From: Candidatus Bathyarchaeota archaeon | GTDB taxonomy: Archaea; Thermoproteota; Bathyarchaeia; 40CM-2-53-6 | Reading direction: 5' to 3' | Assembly (NCBI GenBank): GCA_963706285.1 | Contig: CAVPLU010000010.1 | Location: forward strand, 32,001-96,000 | Length of the DNA: 64,000 nucleotides | Part shown: in pieces, positions 61,898 through 64,000 of the stretch | Position numbering within the stretch: position 1 is the first letter of the stretch | Layout: every line of letters starts with the position of its first letter | The notes under the pieces: generated by a model | The model's database searches: none | The model's input: the letters and a program-made list of their open reading frames with translations, nothing else | Told to the model about the DNA's origin: nothing | Position numbers and translations under genes: made by a program

Positions 61898-62272
61898 CTA
61901 TTTCGAGCTATTCGCAAATCCTATCCCAAATCGCTCATGTAGCTTGTTGAGAACATTGGGTATTCCCTTTGATCCAAAGGTCAAGATCACTAACAATTCA
62001 TCCACATAGAACGCCATGAGATACAAACGTCCGTACGCGACAACAACAGACTTGAGATCTCCAATTCCCGCACCGACAGGTCTTCCCCAAAGCAAGCCCA
62101 TTATGGTCGGGAAAATGTGCAACGTCAGCTCGTCAGTGTTCTTATCCGTGAAACTTTCTACATCAGGCCGCTGAGCATTCTGCAATATGTTTCCTTGTTG
62201 ATCTGCTATCCCTACCCAGCGTATGTCTTCGTCAAGTCGGAACAGTTCTTCTACGAGTTCCTTGGCGTCCAA
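61898..62272 (-). CDS. roadblock/profilin-like fold hypothetical protein (DUF6659-like)
   Basis: DEDIRWVGIAD..G...GDLKSVVVAY pattern. Confidence 0.55.
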   Translation of the reverse strand: MDAKELVEELFRLDEDIRWVGIADQQGNILQNAQRPDVESFTDKNTDELTLHIFPTIMGLLWGRPVGAGIGDLKSVVVAYGRLYLMAFYVDELLVILTFGSKGIPNVLNKLHERFGIGFANSSK

Positions 62273-62371
62273 GACTCTCTTCTCTCACATTCTGGTCACG
62301 AAAGACGGATAATGATTGCGCAACTCAGGGATGCTTTACGTCAAGCTTCGATACGACACGAAGTTGGGTCG

Positions 62372-63268
62372 TTAGGGATTCCCATTAACACTGATCGTTC
62401 GTCGCTCTTCAGTCTGGTGTCTGGCACTTCTCCCTGTCAGCTTCTCATGGGAGCATTTCTTTCTTCGCCTAGATGACTTGCTTCGTTCGTATGCTGCCCA
62501 AATGGCCTTTGAGATGACTGTGCGCAGACTTCCCTTCTCCAACTCGTATAGGGCCGCGGCGCTGGTTCCTCCTGGTGAAGTGACCATGTTACGCAATTCG
62601 GCTGGATGTTTGCCGGATTTCACCGCGAATATGATGGAGCCCCGCATGGTCTCAGTAACCAACTCGTAAGCGATGTGGCGAGGAAATCCGAGGTGGACCG
62701 CCGCATCGATCATTGCCTCCATAACCAGAAGAACATAGGTGGGGCCTGTGCCGCTGACGGCGGTAGCCATGTCCAGGAACTTCTCATCATTCACGTAGAT
62801 TTCTTTGCCCAAAGCTTGTAGAATGGTTCTCGTTTGGGCGAGTTGATTTTGGTCTACTTCGGGTGTGGCAGTCCATACGCTTATGCCTTCACTGATCTGT
62901 GCTGGTGTGTTAGGCATCACTCGCACGACAGCATTGTGCGCTAGTCCTTCGCTGATGGTGCCGATTTTGGCCCCGGCCACGATGGATATCACCATTTGTC
63001 CACGTTGCAGCAAGCCTTTCAGTTCGGCAAGAACACTGCCTAGGTCCTGAGGTTTCACTGAGAGGACTATAATCTTGCAAGATCGGGCAGCTTCAGGATT
63101 CTTTGCGGCGACATTGACGCCATGCTTCTGCTGCAATTCCTCGCGACGTTTCTGGCGGGGTTCGCTGACTGTTACATTCTTGGGGTCCACTAGCTTCTTT
63201 GAAAGAAGTGCCTGAATCATGGCCTCGGCCATGATTCCTCCACCGACGAATGAAACGGAGTCTAGCAA
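62372..63268 (-). CDS. proC: pyrroline-5-carboxylate reductase
   Basis: GGGIMA, SVKPQ, RVMPNTP, SGTGP and VTSPGGTS motifs; C-terminus probably extended by a frameshift (likely stop near 62437). Confidence 0.93.
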   Translation of the reverse strand: MLDSVSFVGGGIMAEAMIQALLSKKLVDPKNVTVSEPRQKRREELQQKHGVNVAAKNPEAARSCKIIVLSVKPQDLGSVLAELKGLLQRGQMVISIVAGAKIGTISEGLAHNAVVRVMPNTPAQISEGISVWTATPEVDQNQLAQTRTILQALGKEIYVNDEKFLDMATAVSGTGPTYVLLVMEAMIDAAVHLGFPRHIAYELVTETMRGSIIFAVKSGKHPAELRNMVTSPGGTSAAALYELEKGSLRTVISKAIWAAYERSKSSRRRKKCSHEKLTGRSARHQTEERRTISVNGNP

Positions 63269-63425
63269 TGTGCTTCCTTCCCGTCTTCGATGGTTGCTAG
63301 AAGGGCGCGGAGCCTGCACATATGGATGACGCTGTCACGATTGAGAATCGGGCAAAGCCCACTGGAATCCAGCGTCAGGGGTGAGGCGATCATAGAAGTC
63401 CAATTCTGCTTACAGGAGGTGTATG

Positions 63426-64000
63426 TTAGAGGTTGATCAGTACGATACCGCCGATCGCTAGGATCGCCCCTAAGATCACTCTCTTGTTCATTCTTTCTGA
63501 CGTTGGTATGACCGCGTATGCGAGAAGCACGGTGACAAGAGACTTCAGGTTGTATGTTGGGACAACGTAGATTGTGGGTGCAAGGGACAACGCGGCAAAA
63601 AGTGTCACTTGACCGACGGCGCTAAGAAAGGATCCGCTGACAAGCTGTCTACTTCGTCTCATGTCTACGAGCATGCTCGCTCTCTTATCCCTCGGTATCA
63701 GATAGAAGGCTGTTAGCAGTAGAGGAATTCCGCTTGCGATGGATAGTGCCGTCATCGGGAGTCTGATCGTGGCGAAACCAAATCGCGTCAAGAAGTTGGT
63801 TACGGACCATCCTAAACCCGCAAGGAGTGCATACGCGATGCCCTTCCGCCATATCCATTCGCCGCTTCTGATCTCGGATGTGGACACAGTGAATATGCCA
63901 GCCCCAGCCAAGATGACTCCTGCAGTCACGGTGATAGTGGATGGCTCGCCCAGCAAAGCCATCCCCAGGAAAGGAGTCACAACGACTGAGATATTGGACA
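63426..64000 (-). CDS. EamA/DMT transporter (5' end outside window)
   Basis: Hydrophobic helices with EamA-type LLGEP motif. Confidence 0.75.
   Translation of the reverse strand, partial: SNISVVVTPFLGMALLGEPSTITVTAGVILAGAGIFTVSTSEIRSGEWIWRKGIAYALLAGLGWSVTNFLTRFGFATIRLPMTALSIASGIPLLLTAFYLIPRDKRASMLVDMRRSRQLVSGSFLSAVGQVTLFAALSLAPTIYVVPTYNLKSLVTVLLAYAVIPTSERMNKRVILGAILAIGGIVLINL

Overview
Archaeal chromosomal window, most likely Bathyarchaeia or a related TACK lineage. This is inferred from the archaeal aroA'/aroB' pair, DRG GTPase, PEF-CTERM/FxLYD surface protein and frequent TTG/GTG starts. It is mostly housekeeping and transport genes, including a complete tungstate (tupABC) + molybdate (modABC) + Moco biosynthesis (moaADECB-moeA, mop) cluster with a ModE-HTH/PBP regulator. 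Many conserved genes are split by single-base frameshifts, probably long-read consensus errors. Two accessory regions stand out. (1) 16.4-20.6 kb holds a truncated stand-alone Cas1 with a casposase-type C-terminal HTH, an RHH protein and four degenerate direct repeats of a tRNA 3' end (T-loop to CCA). The repeats are separated by 31 bp, 21 bp and 1.5 kb, the last interval carrying a high-GC, bacterial-looking CDF transporter, and the region is bracketed by imperfect inverted repeats. It reads as a casposon/tRNA-hotspot relic with a proto-CRISPR-like or cassette-like layout. (2) 43.7-54.3 kb is a surface-protein cluster whose distal part is flanked by tRNA-Ala-like pieces and a 33-bp hairpin repeat, with a candidate tRNA-mimic structured RNA. 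All calls come from reading the sequence and ORF track; no database searches were run.
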